From contig OZ316892.1 of the NCBI GenBank assembly GCA_973895155.1, forward strand, positions 17,350,357-17,414,356: DNA of 64,000 bases. Direction: 5' to 3'. Position 1 is the first letter of the stretch. Each line of letters begins with the position of its first letter. Under the pieces are notes generated by a model that worked only from the letters and a program-made list of their open reading frames with translations, was not told the origin of the DNA and did not search any database. Origin of the DNA: Marsupella aquatica. Lineage: Eukaryota; Plantae; Marchantiophyta. Positions 10,432 through 21,016 of the stretch are shown here, piece after piece. A program made the position numbers and the translations under genes.

Positions 10432-10727
10432 CTCGGGGGTCTCACTATATGGGGACCTCCCCATCGCCTGCGACGTTTTTAGGCCTTGGACCCCCTAAAA
10501 TGTAAGTTTTTTAATAATTTTTTAACCCCTATAAAGTTGGAATATTCTTGGAATATTCTAAAACTTGGATTAAAAAGACCCTAATGTTCTTATAAATCTC
10601 AAAATTGAATTTAAAAGACCCTATTGTTCTTCTACAAAAATTCTTAAGTCTTCCCTTAGAACCAATAAAATGACCTTATCCTTCATCGCACGTGATATGT
10701 CATTTTTGTGGAAGTGAAACCCCCGAG
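10432..10727 (-). mobile_element. MITE copy 1 of the P-like family (296 bp)
   Basis: TIRs CTCGGGGGTCTCACT / AGTGAAACCCCCGAG; perfect 8-bp TSD ACTAGCTA at 10424-10431 and 10728-10735. Confidence 0.93.
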
Positions 10728-10829
10728 ACTAGCTATTGCTGTCCAAGCAAAGGTTCAAAAGCAATACCCGCACAATAACGCCAAGCAATAGTTGCACGAC
10801 AATGTCGATCAAGAGCTTGTTGTCAAACA

Positions 10830-11245
10830 GTAGCAACTGAACTCACTTCAAGCTCAATGTGGAACAGTAGCAGCTCCCTCACAATTGCCAAAACACAATG
10901 TCAAATAACACAACTCAATGTGGAACAGTTCAAGCAACTCACTTCAAGCTCATTGTGGTCCGACATAGCAGCTCGTGCGATCCCTCACAACTGCCACAAC
11001 TCCCACTGACAGCGCGTAGCAACTCCCCGGCCAGCTCAATGTAGCACATTATTTAGCAAATCCCACACGACTCAACAACTCAATTGACAGCCGATAGTCC
11101 ACAACCTCTTGATTGAAAGTCGACAGCAACTCCCCAGCTCAATCTCAAACATCTGCAAACTTCAAGCTCAATGTGGAATGCAACTGCTCCCTCACGACTA
11201 CCACAACTCCCTCAAACATGACTACCACACCTCCCTCACGACTGC
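10830..11245. repeat. Degenerate subterminal repeats inside the deleted element
   Basis: Recurrent CTTCAAGCTCAATGTGG / GCTCCCTCAC[A/G]ACT / CCACAACTCCC units, about 4-5 copies. Confidence 0.6.
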
Positions 11246-12500
11246 CATAGCTCCTGTCTCTCGGTCAATAGCGCGCAACAGCTCTGCTTCACTAGGAGCA
11301 AACACCTGAAAGCATATCTCAAAAGAAATGAGATTGATATGATAGACAAACAAAGGAAGGCCCGCAACAGAGCAACTTGCATACGTATATGATTGTGGGT
11401 GGGGCCGGTCAAATGGATAGTGGAGGGAAACGGCATGGGAGTGGCACGAGAGTGGACTGACAAGAGGCAATGTATGGAGGAAAATGACACACCTAAAATG
11501 GGACAATTTCAAACTAGTGAAACCCAAGTCAAACCCTAAAACATCCCTTCGGGGACATCCGATAAAGTCAAACCCTAAAACATGAGTCCCCCAAAAACTA
11601 GACCGATTTAAACCATTCCCAAATTCTTGCCTCTAACATGTACATGACTTTGGAAAATATATAGGAAATTTATGCATGCCATGTGTACCAATCATATAGT
11701 GACACGTGTACTTAGCATAATTCAACACAAAGATACCCTAACTTCCTTGTATGTCTTCCATTTACATAGTCACAAATACTAATATGCCTACTGTTCTTAA
11801 AAGTAGCCCAAGATATTAAATTGATCCTATTGTTCTTACACAAATCTTCTTAAGTCTTTCTTAGAATCCAATTAACGGACCCTATACTTTGTTGCACGTG
11901 ATGTGCAATTTTTGTGAAGTGAGGCCCCCAAGCCTTCTTGTCAATGACACCAACTGATCTGCATTTGTTGGTACAATCTGAAGCTTAGCAGAATCCACTT
12001 GCTGCTCTTGTTCCTCTAGCATATGAACCAACTCCATGTTTTGAGCACTTTCTTCTCTTTGATCATATACCACATGATCAATCTCCCCCTCAACAAGATT
12101 CAGGATAGGAGATTTTCCTTTGTCAGTGCAAGAGACCTGAGTCCTTTCCCCTCCTTTAATTTAATAATCTGGATTCATTGAAAGAAATATCCCCATTGAT
12201 AACGAGTTTACATGCAATAGGATCTCATAGTTGGTAGGCCTTTACATCACTCTGATACCCAAGAAAAAATATATTTTTTGGATGTAGGATATATGCATCA
12301 CTTCCAAAAACTACCAAGCCATGATAGTTTGTTTGTTGCTTATAATGCATTTCAAATGATATTTTAAAATTGATTGCACTAGAAGGAGAAAATTTACCAA
12401 ATAAGCTGTAGTATTGACAATTTTTGCCCAAAATTCGTGTAGTAAACCTGTTTGACTCAACATAGTTTGTGATTGCTCCAACTACTCCGTGACCGCTCCA

Positions 12501-12782
12501 CTCGGGGGTCTCACTATATGTGGACCTCCCCATCACTTGCAACATTTTTAGGCCTCGAACCCCCTAAAATGTAAGAAAAAAATTTATTTTTTATACCCTA
12601 TAAAGTTGGAATATTCCAATTGGATCAAAAAGACCCTAATGTTCTTAGAAGTCTCAATATTGAATTAAAAAAACCCTATTGTTCTTCTACAAAAATTCTT
12701 AAGTCTTCCCTTAGAACCAATAAAATGACCCTATCCTTCGTCGCATATGATATGTCATTTTTGTGGAAGTGAAACTCCCGAG
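12501..12782 (-). mobile_element. MITE copy 2 (282 bp)
   Basis: CTCGGGGGTCTCACT...AGTGAAACTCCCGAG; TSD CCGCTCCA / TCGCTCCA (one C>T difference). Confidence 0.9.
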
Positions 12783-12954
12783 TCGCTCCAACAATATTTC
12801 ATTGAGCCTCTGAGCAACACCATTCTGCCATGGAATATAAATTGTGTTAAGATGACGAGTTATCCCCTATTTTGCACAATAATCATCAAATTCCACTAAA
12901 GTGTACTCCCCGCCATATATTGTCTAACCTCAAACTCTTCACCCTTGTATCCAA

Positions 12955-13251
12955 CTTGGGGGTTTCACTTCCACAAAAATGGCATATCACGTGCGACGAA
13001 GGATAGGGTCATTTTATTGGTTCTAAGGTAAGACTTAAGAATTTTTGTAGAAGAATAATAGGGTCTTTTAAATTCAATTTTGAGACTTATAAGAACATTA
13101 GGGTCTTTTTAATCCAAATTTTAGAATATTCCAAAAATATTCCAAATTTATAGGGGTTACAATTTTTATTTTTTTTCTTACATTTTAGGGGGTTCGAGGC
13201 CTAAAAACGTCGCAGGCGATGGGGAGGTCCCCATATAGTGAGACCCCCGAG
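12955..13251 (+). mobile_element. MITE copy 3 (297 bp), inverted relative to copies 1 and 2
   Basis: CTTGGGGGTTTCACT...AGTGAGACCCCCGAG; perfect TSD GTATCCAA at 12947-12954 and 13252-13259. Confidence 0.93.
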
Positions 13252-13797
13252 GTATCCAAACACTTAATCGTGTTTCCAGTTTGATATTGTGTGTTCATTT
13301 GAGATCACGGGATTTTAGCTTCCACTCCTACTATTGCTCTTGGATATATTTTTGCCCTTTTTGGATTTCATTTTGAGAGTGCCTCAATGTACATACATTG
13401 AATACACGTTGAAATCTTCACAACTATTGTCACCAAGACAAATTCATATGGTGCCTAAGTCATCTAACATCCCAAGCTTCTGTTTGAGCTTTAATTTGAT
13501 CCAAATATGCAAGAACATGCAACTTCCATTCCTACTGTTGCTCCTTGATAAATTTGTGCCCATTTTGGATTTAAGCTTGCCATTGTAGCCTCAATGTACA
13601 TACACAAAATACATTTCAAAAACCGCATAGCTATTGTCACCAATCTCATCTGGTGCATTTGTTTGACATTCCAAGTTTTTGATTGCGCTTTGATCCAAAC
13701 ATGCACAAACATGCAACTTCCAATCCTGATGGTAAAGTCTTGGATTCCCTTTTTGGGTTTTTAACTCACTCTTGCCCCAACTCTTGCCTCAAATATA

Positions 13798-14174
13798 TGT
13801 TGGGAAAATTGCCAACCAGGATCGACCTAATAGTCACATCAACAATGCGCACGCCAACAACTCATGCACATTCACCATGAGACTACACAACATATAAGTG
13901 GTTCACCCGGATGGGCTTCGTCCACTGTCGTCGAGGACATCACTAATGATCAAATCATACATGGTCCATTGTAGCCTCCTCCGCGGAGCTCTAAGGCGTA
14001 TCTCCTCTCTAGGTCTTTCACCAAAGACCTCACTGTGTAGAATGACTTCCACATTGGAACTCTCTAAGCTATTATGCCTACTCGAGTGAGCCACTCCACA
14101 AACTGTGCTAGTGTCTAACTAGAGCTAATGCTAACCGCAGTTAGCCAAGTACAAGGTAGAGGCAATACCTAACA
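13798..14174. mobile_element. Solo LTR (377 bp), same family as 9294-9667
   Basis: TGTTGGG...CCTAACA with TSD ATATA at 13793-13797 and 14175-14179. Confidence 0.9.
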
Positions 14175-14427
14175 ATATAGGCTGAATTCACTCTGCAAAC
14201 TGCACAACTCCCTTGCATTCCCACTCAGCTCCATTCGTATCCCTTGTGGCAGATTTGCTCCCTAGATTCAACCTGTAGGTATTGAATTTTGAGTTCCTTC
14301 CCCACCTCTGAAATGGAAGCCTGTTGCTCCAACCGTTTCTCACCAGCTTGTGTTGAAATTGTTTCGAGGAACTCACCTTATAGTCCCCCATGCTTATTTT
14401 TCACCCCCACCCCAGATTATGCACCCT

Positions 14428-17106
14428 TAGTCACCGTCTAGGGGCTTCACTCCAGACGGTATGCCTAAACAATAGCTTTTCATTGCGTTTTACTAGACAG
14501 TAAGATTAAGTCCTGTTATCAGAGCATTATGGACAATAAGAAAACCTCAAAACTCAACCTGAAGCTCACTTTTGGGGGCATTATGGCACACAATGCCCTT
14601 TAAACACAACTTTACTATATATGTAAAGACTTGTGTGAGTTTTGACTTTGTAGGTTTTAGCGCATTGTTCCTACAGCACACACCTTGCTTTGAGGAGGAC
14701 ATTATGCAATGAAGCACCAATCTAGGCCTAAGTAACTCAAAGTCCCAAAGTTTACCATGTAAAGCAAAAGGCAAATTTTGCTTATTTTTGCATGGCCTAC
14801 AATCCTGGATTTTTAACGTATTCTTTACACACTATTAATGCATGACCTTAACTTCAGTAATTTTTCTTGTTTTTTTCTGGTTACGTGCGTTGGCCATAAT
14901 ATCTCAATATTGGGCTAAAGCCCTCTAACATGACATAATATCTGGCAATGCCCTCTAACCAGAACATCACCCTTTTCAAACTCAAAAGTTTTTAAAAGCT
15001 TCATCACTCGTACCATCACTTGGAATAAGTTTTAAGATCCGAAGATTTGTGGAGGGATACTCGTAGTTGGGGACTCGGTTGGGGAGAGTGACGTTGAATT
15101 GTACATTATGACTAACCAACATGACTACATGAGCATGTATATCAAGGACAGATACAATTTAAGTTCAAATAACAACATTTGATTATGGTCCATGCAAGTT
15201 TTCTGAGTTTTTTTCAAAAACGAATCTATCTTATATTTGTGAACTTGAGAATAGGGATTGAGACCCAAACATGTCAAATCAATTAGATATACTGTTTGAA
15301 CTCAAACAAACATTCGTTTATGGTCTACCAAGCTCGTGGGAAGCATGGTGATCTATCCGAGATTCTTTTTTGAAAATTCCCCTTTTCCTTATTCTGTGAA
15401 CCTAAAATCAATGCTGTATAATTGTGCCGTTTTGTCTTTTTTGCATAATATGCTACATGTATGCTAGCCTGCTTGTTACAAGACAAAATAATGGCCTCTT
15501 TACTTATTTTGTCTATAACCTCTTACTCCCCACTTACACTTCCATGTCATGGCATAGCATGGTTCTATTAGTATCATCACATTGTAATATTTGTCCAGCC
15601 CAGTATAAATATAGAATGTTTTGTCCATCTCAGTTTCCAGTCCATGCAGGAAGTAACTTCTAGAGAATATTAGCCAAATGAAAAATTACTGTTCCAGTTG
15701 TAGTTTCGTGTATCCAGCTGAGAAAGAACATCGAACGTGTTGTCCATCCCAATTGTAGAGTTTGTCTGTCCAGCGGAGTATAAATGTTTTGTCCATCCCA
15801 CTTTGGACGAGGAAACTTTTAGCGAATATGAGCCAAATAAAGAAATCACTGTTCCAATTGGAAAGAGTATTCGAGCAAAGATGTCACACGTTTTGTCCAT
15901 CTCAGTTTCCGCGCCCAGTCCATAAAAGGAGGTAACTATCCTCATTGTTTTTAGTTAGATCCCACCTCTCTAAAGAGTAATCCCAACTTATGAAAATTAG
16001 CTACTGGTCATCATAACTATTATTAACAAAAAATAGTGTTATTGCAGAAATTAGTGATTTACTAGCACTTTAAAAAAAGTGGAAAAAAACCATTTTGAAA
16101 AGCTGGCAAGCATTATAAGATCACTTAAAACTAATCCTTGCTTGTTTTTCAAAATATATATTTTTCACTAATTTTTCACTCTCGAGTCCAGAATAATTCC
16201 CGCAAAGAAGAATAGTGTTATAACAAAATTTAATGTGAGTAGCACCAATTCAGGAGTAGAGCTTGAAATTCTATGCTCTAAAATTAGTGTAATGCCAGTT
16301 ACAGCAAACAATGATTTGTATCCTCCATTAGCCCATTTTCCAGAGACCCCATTAGCTACAATGGTAGTTTTAAACATGGGAGATCATCGTGATGAAAATT
16401 GATAAGGTACCTTCCTAGTATCTTTTTTTTCACAGAAGGTGACATTTTGCCAGAGAAAACCCTTTTGAATTTATGCTGGTTACTACAAAACTGAAGTTAG
16501 GATAGACCACCATGTTGGACACCCTGCTCCTGATGACCACATTTTGGTGGTCCATTGGGAGTTTGGGGCCATAACTCGAAGATTATGAGTACTAAAATAC
16601 ACAACTGGAGCCCAAATAGAGACATGAAGAAAACACAGCCCAAATATTTTCATGTTAAGACAATGAAAATTAATTGATTGAAATTTCCCTGACTGGCCAA
16701 AAATTCACCATCACTTTAATATAAGTGTAACTTACTTACTCCACTAGAATATACCCCAAAACTAAAAGATTTGAGTTTAACAACATCAAATTATTTTAAT
16801 TAAACTAAAAAAATGGTATATGTTGTCCATGGACCAACATGCCTGGTCCATAGGGCCTTCAAATTCTGGTAACTACAGTTAGGGTCTTTGTAGTTCTGAT
16901 TTGTATTCTGGGCCTGACTGCAAAAAATAGTGACCAAAATTACGGCTGGGACATGGCTTTTCAGGCATGTGTAAGCCAAGGAGGGGGAGGTGGGTTAGCT
17001 GACATAGGAAGGTAACATTGCCACGAGGGCTTATCTTACTTATAAACGAACTATAAGCTAGAGTGGTTGTCTAGGCTTCTAGAGTGAAGCCTCTAGATCA
17101 TAACTC
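14428..17106. mobile_element. Possible old non-autonomous TIR element (unclassified)
   Basis: Imperfect inverted ends TAGTCACCGTCTAGGGGCTTCACTCCAG / CTAGAGTGAAGCCTCTAGATCATAACTC around an AT-rich non-coding interior. The same right terminus recurs at ~36790 and ~60640. No TSD recognisable. Confidence 0.4.
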
Positions 17107-17405
17107 CATGACATTTCTATTTGCATTAAATGAGTTCTATGCCCACACCATAACATAGAGAGATGTGCATAGAAAAATATGGTATGTTATGAATCATTAT
17201 TAAAATGGTGATATGCATGATAAATTTTTTTATCACTCAAAGAATATGAATAAAATATGTATTTTGATGATATTTTTATTGTCCTGAACCCTTTTCACAT
17301 TCAAAAAACATGTAGTTAGGCTAGTAAAGAAAAATCCTGGGAAAAGAAGTGTGATGGCCAACTTCGTGTACTGGACACTTTAAGCCTGCAGCCTCGCCAC
17401 AAACT

Positions 17406-17618
17406 CTTGGCCCGACTACAAGCCCGGTTCTTTGTAAAGTTTGAGACGCCCTACTCTATTAGCCAATATTGAGCCAAATAAAAAATCACTCTTCCCATGT
17501 ACTAAAAAATTCCTTGGCCCGACTACATGCCCGCTTCTTGTACGGTTGCGCCTCCCTACTCTATTAGCCAATATTGAGCCAAATAAAAAATCACTCTTCC
17601 CGTGTACTAAAAAATTCC
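17406..17618. repeat. Tandem duplication, ~107-bp unit x2
   Basis: CTTGGCCCGACTACA...CCCTACTCTATTAGCCAATATTGAGCCAAATAAAAAATCACTCTTCCC[A/G]TGTACTAAAAAATTCC occurs twice. Confidence 0.85.
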
Positions 17619-18303
17619 GTTGCCACAGACACTAAATATAAGACACAAACTGGAAGGGTTTTACGATGTCATGAGGTCCTGCTAAAGTTATTGACCGAGT
17701 TGTTTGAATTCGCTAACATCGTGTTGGTGGTGGTCCATCAGATCTGCCGGCCCGATGCCCTGCGGCAGTAGTGCTGGTCTGCCCCCGCCAATCTGCCATC
17801 GCCATCGCCACTGCCAGGCTGAAAGCTCGAGCTGAAATCCAGCCTGGTCCTGAGGCGCCGCCGGGAACTTCCCAATGCGGTGGTGGGAAAATGCTCTGAC
17901 GGGCCGACCGGATGCTACTCTCACGTTGTCACAATTCGTCGGAGCAGGTGAGAGGTGATGGCCTGACGAGGAGAGGCACATTCATTCTTCGATGGAGTCA
18001 GTTTGGCGCTTTGAAACTCCCTCGTTGTTCTCTGTGTCTCGCTCTCTCTCTCTCTCTCTACTAGTGTGAATCCTTCGGATGCGGATGCGACCTCATTGGC
18101 GCCGAATGGGATTTTTTTCGATTTGAAGCCACTGTACTATTACACGACGAAGAGCCGTGGGAAGAGAGCGGAACGGGCTGATTTGGTGGTGGGCGAGGTC
18201 GCGCGCCACTGATCGAGTTGAGAATCAAAGAATTGGCGCTGGAGGACGGGAAGTGTTCGTCAAGCTGGCAGGCAAGGCGGGACCTCCTTCCAAGAGCTAC
18301 TCG

Positions 18304-18564
18304 ATGGCGATGGAGCGCCACGGGGAGTCGTACTACGGTGGTAATTATGGGGGATCGTTCCAGGAGCCTTACCAAATGAAGCGCAACAAGGCTACGAAAT
18401 CGAAGGTCTGGGATATGAGGATGCAGGATCCAGAAATGCAGCGCAAGAAGCGTGTTGCTTCATACAAAGTGTACACTGTGGAAGGGAAAGTGAAGGCTTC
18501 GGTCAGAAGCGGTTTGCGGTGGATTAAGAATAAGTACATTGACATCCGTTACGGTTGGTGGTAA
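18304..18564 (+). CDS. DUF3511 family small plant protein (86 aa)
   Basis: DPEMQRKKRVASYKVYTVEGKVKASVRSGLRWIK is the DUF3511 signature. ATG at 18304; (CT)n tract upstream at ~18043-18059. Confidence 0.88.
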   Translation: MAMERHGESYYGGNYGGSFQEPYQMKRNKATKSKVWDMRMQDPEMQRKKRVASYKVYTVEGKVKASVRSGLRWIKNKYIDIRYGWW

Positions 18565-21016
18565 TATTCGCACCGCTCATTCTGTCTCGACCTTCACAGC
18601 CAAGTGAAGGATCCTCATAGGGATCGTGACTGTAGTAATTGGAGGATAAGTTCCCCAGTTTCGTAAACGCGGCCAATTTTTTTCTTTCGGATGCTCATTT
18701 TACTGCTGAGCATTCTGATATGGGCGAGTCAAATAAATGTTACCTTGCCGGTGATGACTCGCGCGGGGTCCTCCATTTGGAACGAACGTGAACAAAGTCA
18801 AGGAGCCAGTCATCGTGTTTTAGATCAAGGAGTGCTGAGGTGACGCTCGCCAGGATTGTCACAGCCGATGCTCTGGATGAATCTGAGTGACCAGCCAAAA
18901 CTCTCTCCGTCATGCGCGTTCGCTTGTTATGACGTTGCCGGCAAATGGACTGGATGATCGATTGAAGGCTTTTGGGCCACTTTGTACAGTTTGCACTATT
19001 CTTTCACTTTGTGTTTGTAAGATTCATGGGTTCATTCGTTCGGTATGTCGAGCGACGTCTTTCCCTCTTGTTAATGTGAGGAGGTTTGACACACTGAATC
19101 AGAGCCTGCGGACAGGAAGCTTCCGGCCTCCCTGAAATCTCAGTCGAGGGCTACCGCAGGGAATTAGGGACTCATGCTGTTCATGAGCTGATATGAGAAG
19201 TGGATTAGATATGGAATCCCTTGGATCCACACTGCTGGAATTGGTCAGGCGGCTGATGGTCAAAGACTGTTGACTCACGGAGTCTTATCTTGCCGGCCGA
19301 CACGAGAAGAAACGTTTCCCTGTTTTCAAAATTCCCTGGGTTATAATTTTCTCATAGAAGCAATAAGATTGCCGCCAGGAACACGTTGTTTCCACATTTG
19401 AGCTTCTCTTAATTTTACATTTGAGCTTCTCTACCGAACTCTGCACATTGCTCGTTAGACCGACTCATGCCGAGTGTTGCTTGATCGTTGTTTTCCGGAC
19501 CAGTATCCACGGAAGTCCGTGAATGTCTTGCTGCGCGGCTGGATTTGTGTTATAGAACTTATCACCCGGAATGAAGCTGTCAGCAATGTCCGTTCCATCC
19601 GCACCTTTGTTAGGACTGCTGCTTGTATAAACGGATTCCGATGGCACGTTCCTTTTGATTTTTCTTACCGTTGCAGATTTCTCGAATCTCTGGAAATGTT
19701 CTGAATAAAACGTCGTAGGCAGATTTTGATATGATTTGGCAAAACCTTTCGGTCGAATGGGGATTTGGTTGTTTATGTAATTCACGATTCAGTGCAAGAA
19801 TTTTTCGCATATAGGCCGGTCACGGAATTCCTCCAAGAAGGGGCCAGTCAAAGGGGCCAGTCTAATTTACAGGGTCGGTGAAACGCTACATTATGCTCCA
19901 GGTGCTTTGAATTCGACCTTGACCAGGCGTTTACCATTGCGAGAAATGCCTGTGATTCCTGTTACTGATGTACAATTTTCTTGAGTCCGAATGGCATCCC
20001 TCTCACGTTGAGTCATGCAAACTGTCACTTCCCGGTGCATAATTCAATTCCAGAATCTCCTGTCCCTCGGCACGAATCTCTGACATATTTTCAAATGGTC
20101 ATGAACTTTCTCTTACCGGTTTCAATATTTTGATTATTGAACGCCGAATGTGAAAAACTTATGTTTGAATGACTAGTTTGGTGAAGTTATGGCACCTCTC
20201 TGATGAATCGGCGGATTATTTATCGGGCGAGGTTTGAGTTGCTTCGACGGCAAGGCGATCAAGGGATTGATCCATATCATAATGCCAATCATGTTAGTAG
20301 TTTGTGTTCCGACTCTTAATTAATGCGGACGTTAGTGATCTTCTACCGCATTGGATTCTGTGAATCTCAGTCGATGAAACCCACCAACCTTCTGTACCGT
20401 TATTCCGTCCGAAGGAGTTCATGATTGTAGGGATCGATTCTTCCATATTCCAAGTCACCAACCGCCGCGTGGTGCCGGATCGCAAGTCCAGTACCGCGTA
20501 CTACTGTCCAAACGCTCTAGACAGTCAGCAGGTTCGTGCTCAACTCCACGACTGACATCATGCTGAAGAGAACAAGTTTATTGATCTCCTGTGATGAGTG
20601 GGAAAGGGGAGGCGGGGCCCCCACATAAATACATGCCAGAGATACAGATGGATTTTAATCCATTAGGAGGTAGAACATAGATCTACGGTGAAATGTGATA
20701 CGTACAGGGCACGTCCCTACTAATCATCAAAGCAAGCAAGCGGATAACAAGCCGTAATATCCGGGGGAGTGGACACAGCAGAACAGCCTGATACAATCAT
20801 ACTTCTCACTTAGAAGCGCATGGTACTTTGCTATGAATCATGAAGCAAAGTGACTGTCAACACCCTCCCTCGCTCTAAGTGTATGAGAAAGTAAACAGGA
20901 TGTGACAAGATTACGTAAATCACTTGGATGTACACGGAGTTTGATAGGTCCACCGGAGCAGATCAAACAGGCTACAGACAGATCAAAAGAACTAAACAGA
21001 AATGTGGCGTTGGCTT

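Larger units (their letters stand above)
8538..11932 (-). mobile_element. Internally deleted member of the same P-like family, opposite orientation; its 3' TIR is missing at the junction with the first element
   Basis: Right end ...GCACGTGATGTGCAATTTTTGTGAAGTGAGGCCCCCAAG (ends 11932) matches the MITE end. Left end CTATATGGAGAACCCCCCATCACC matches MITE positions 14 onward. The interior holds a transposase C-terminal remnant and the tRNA-like copy. Confidence 0.75.
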
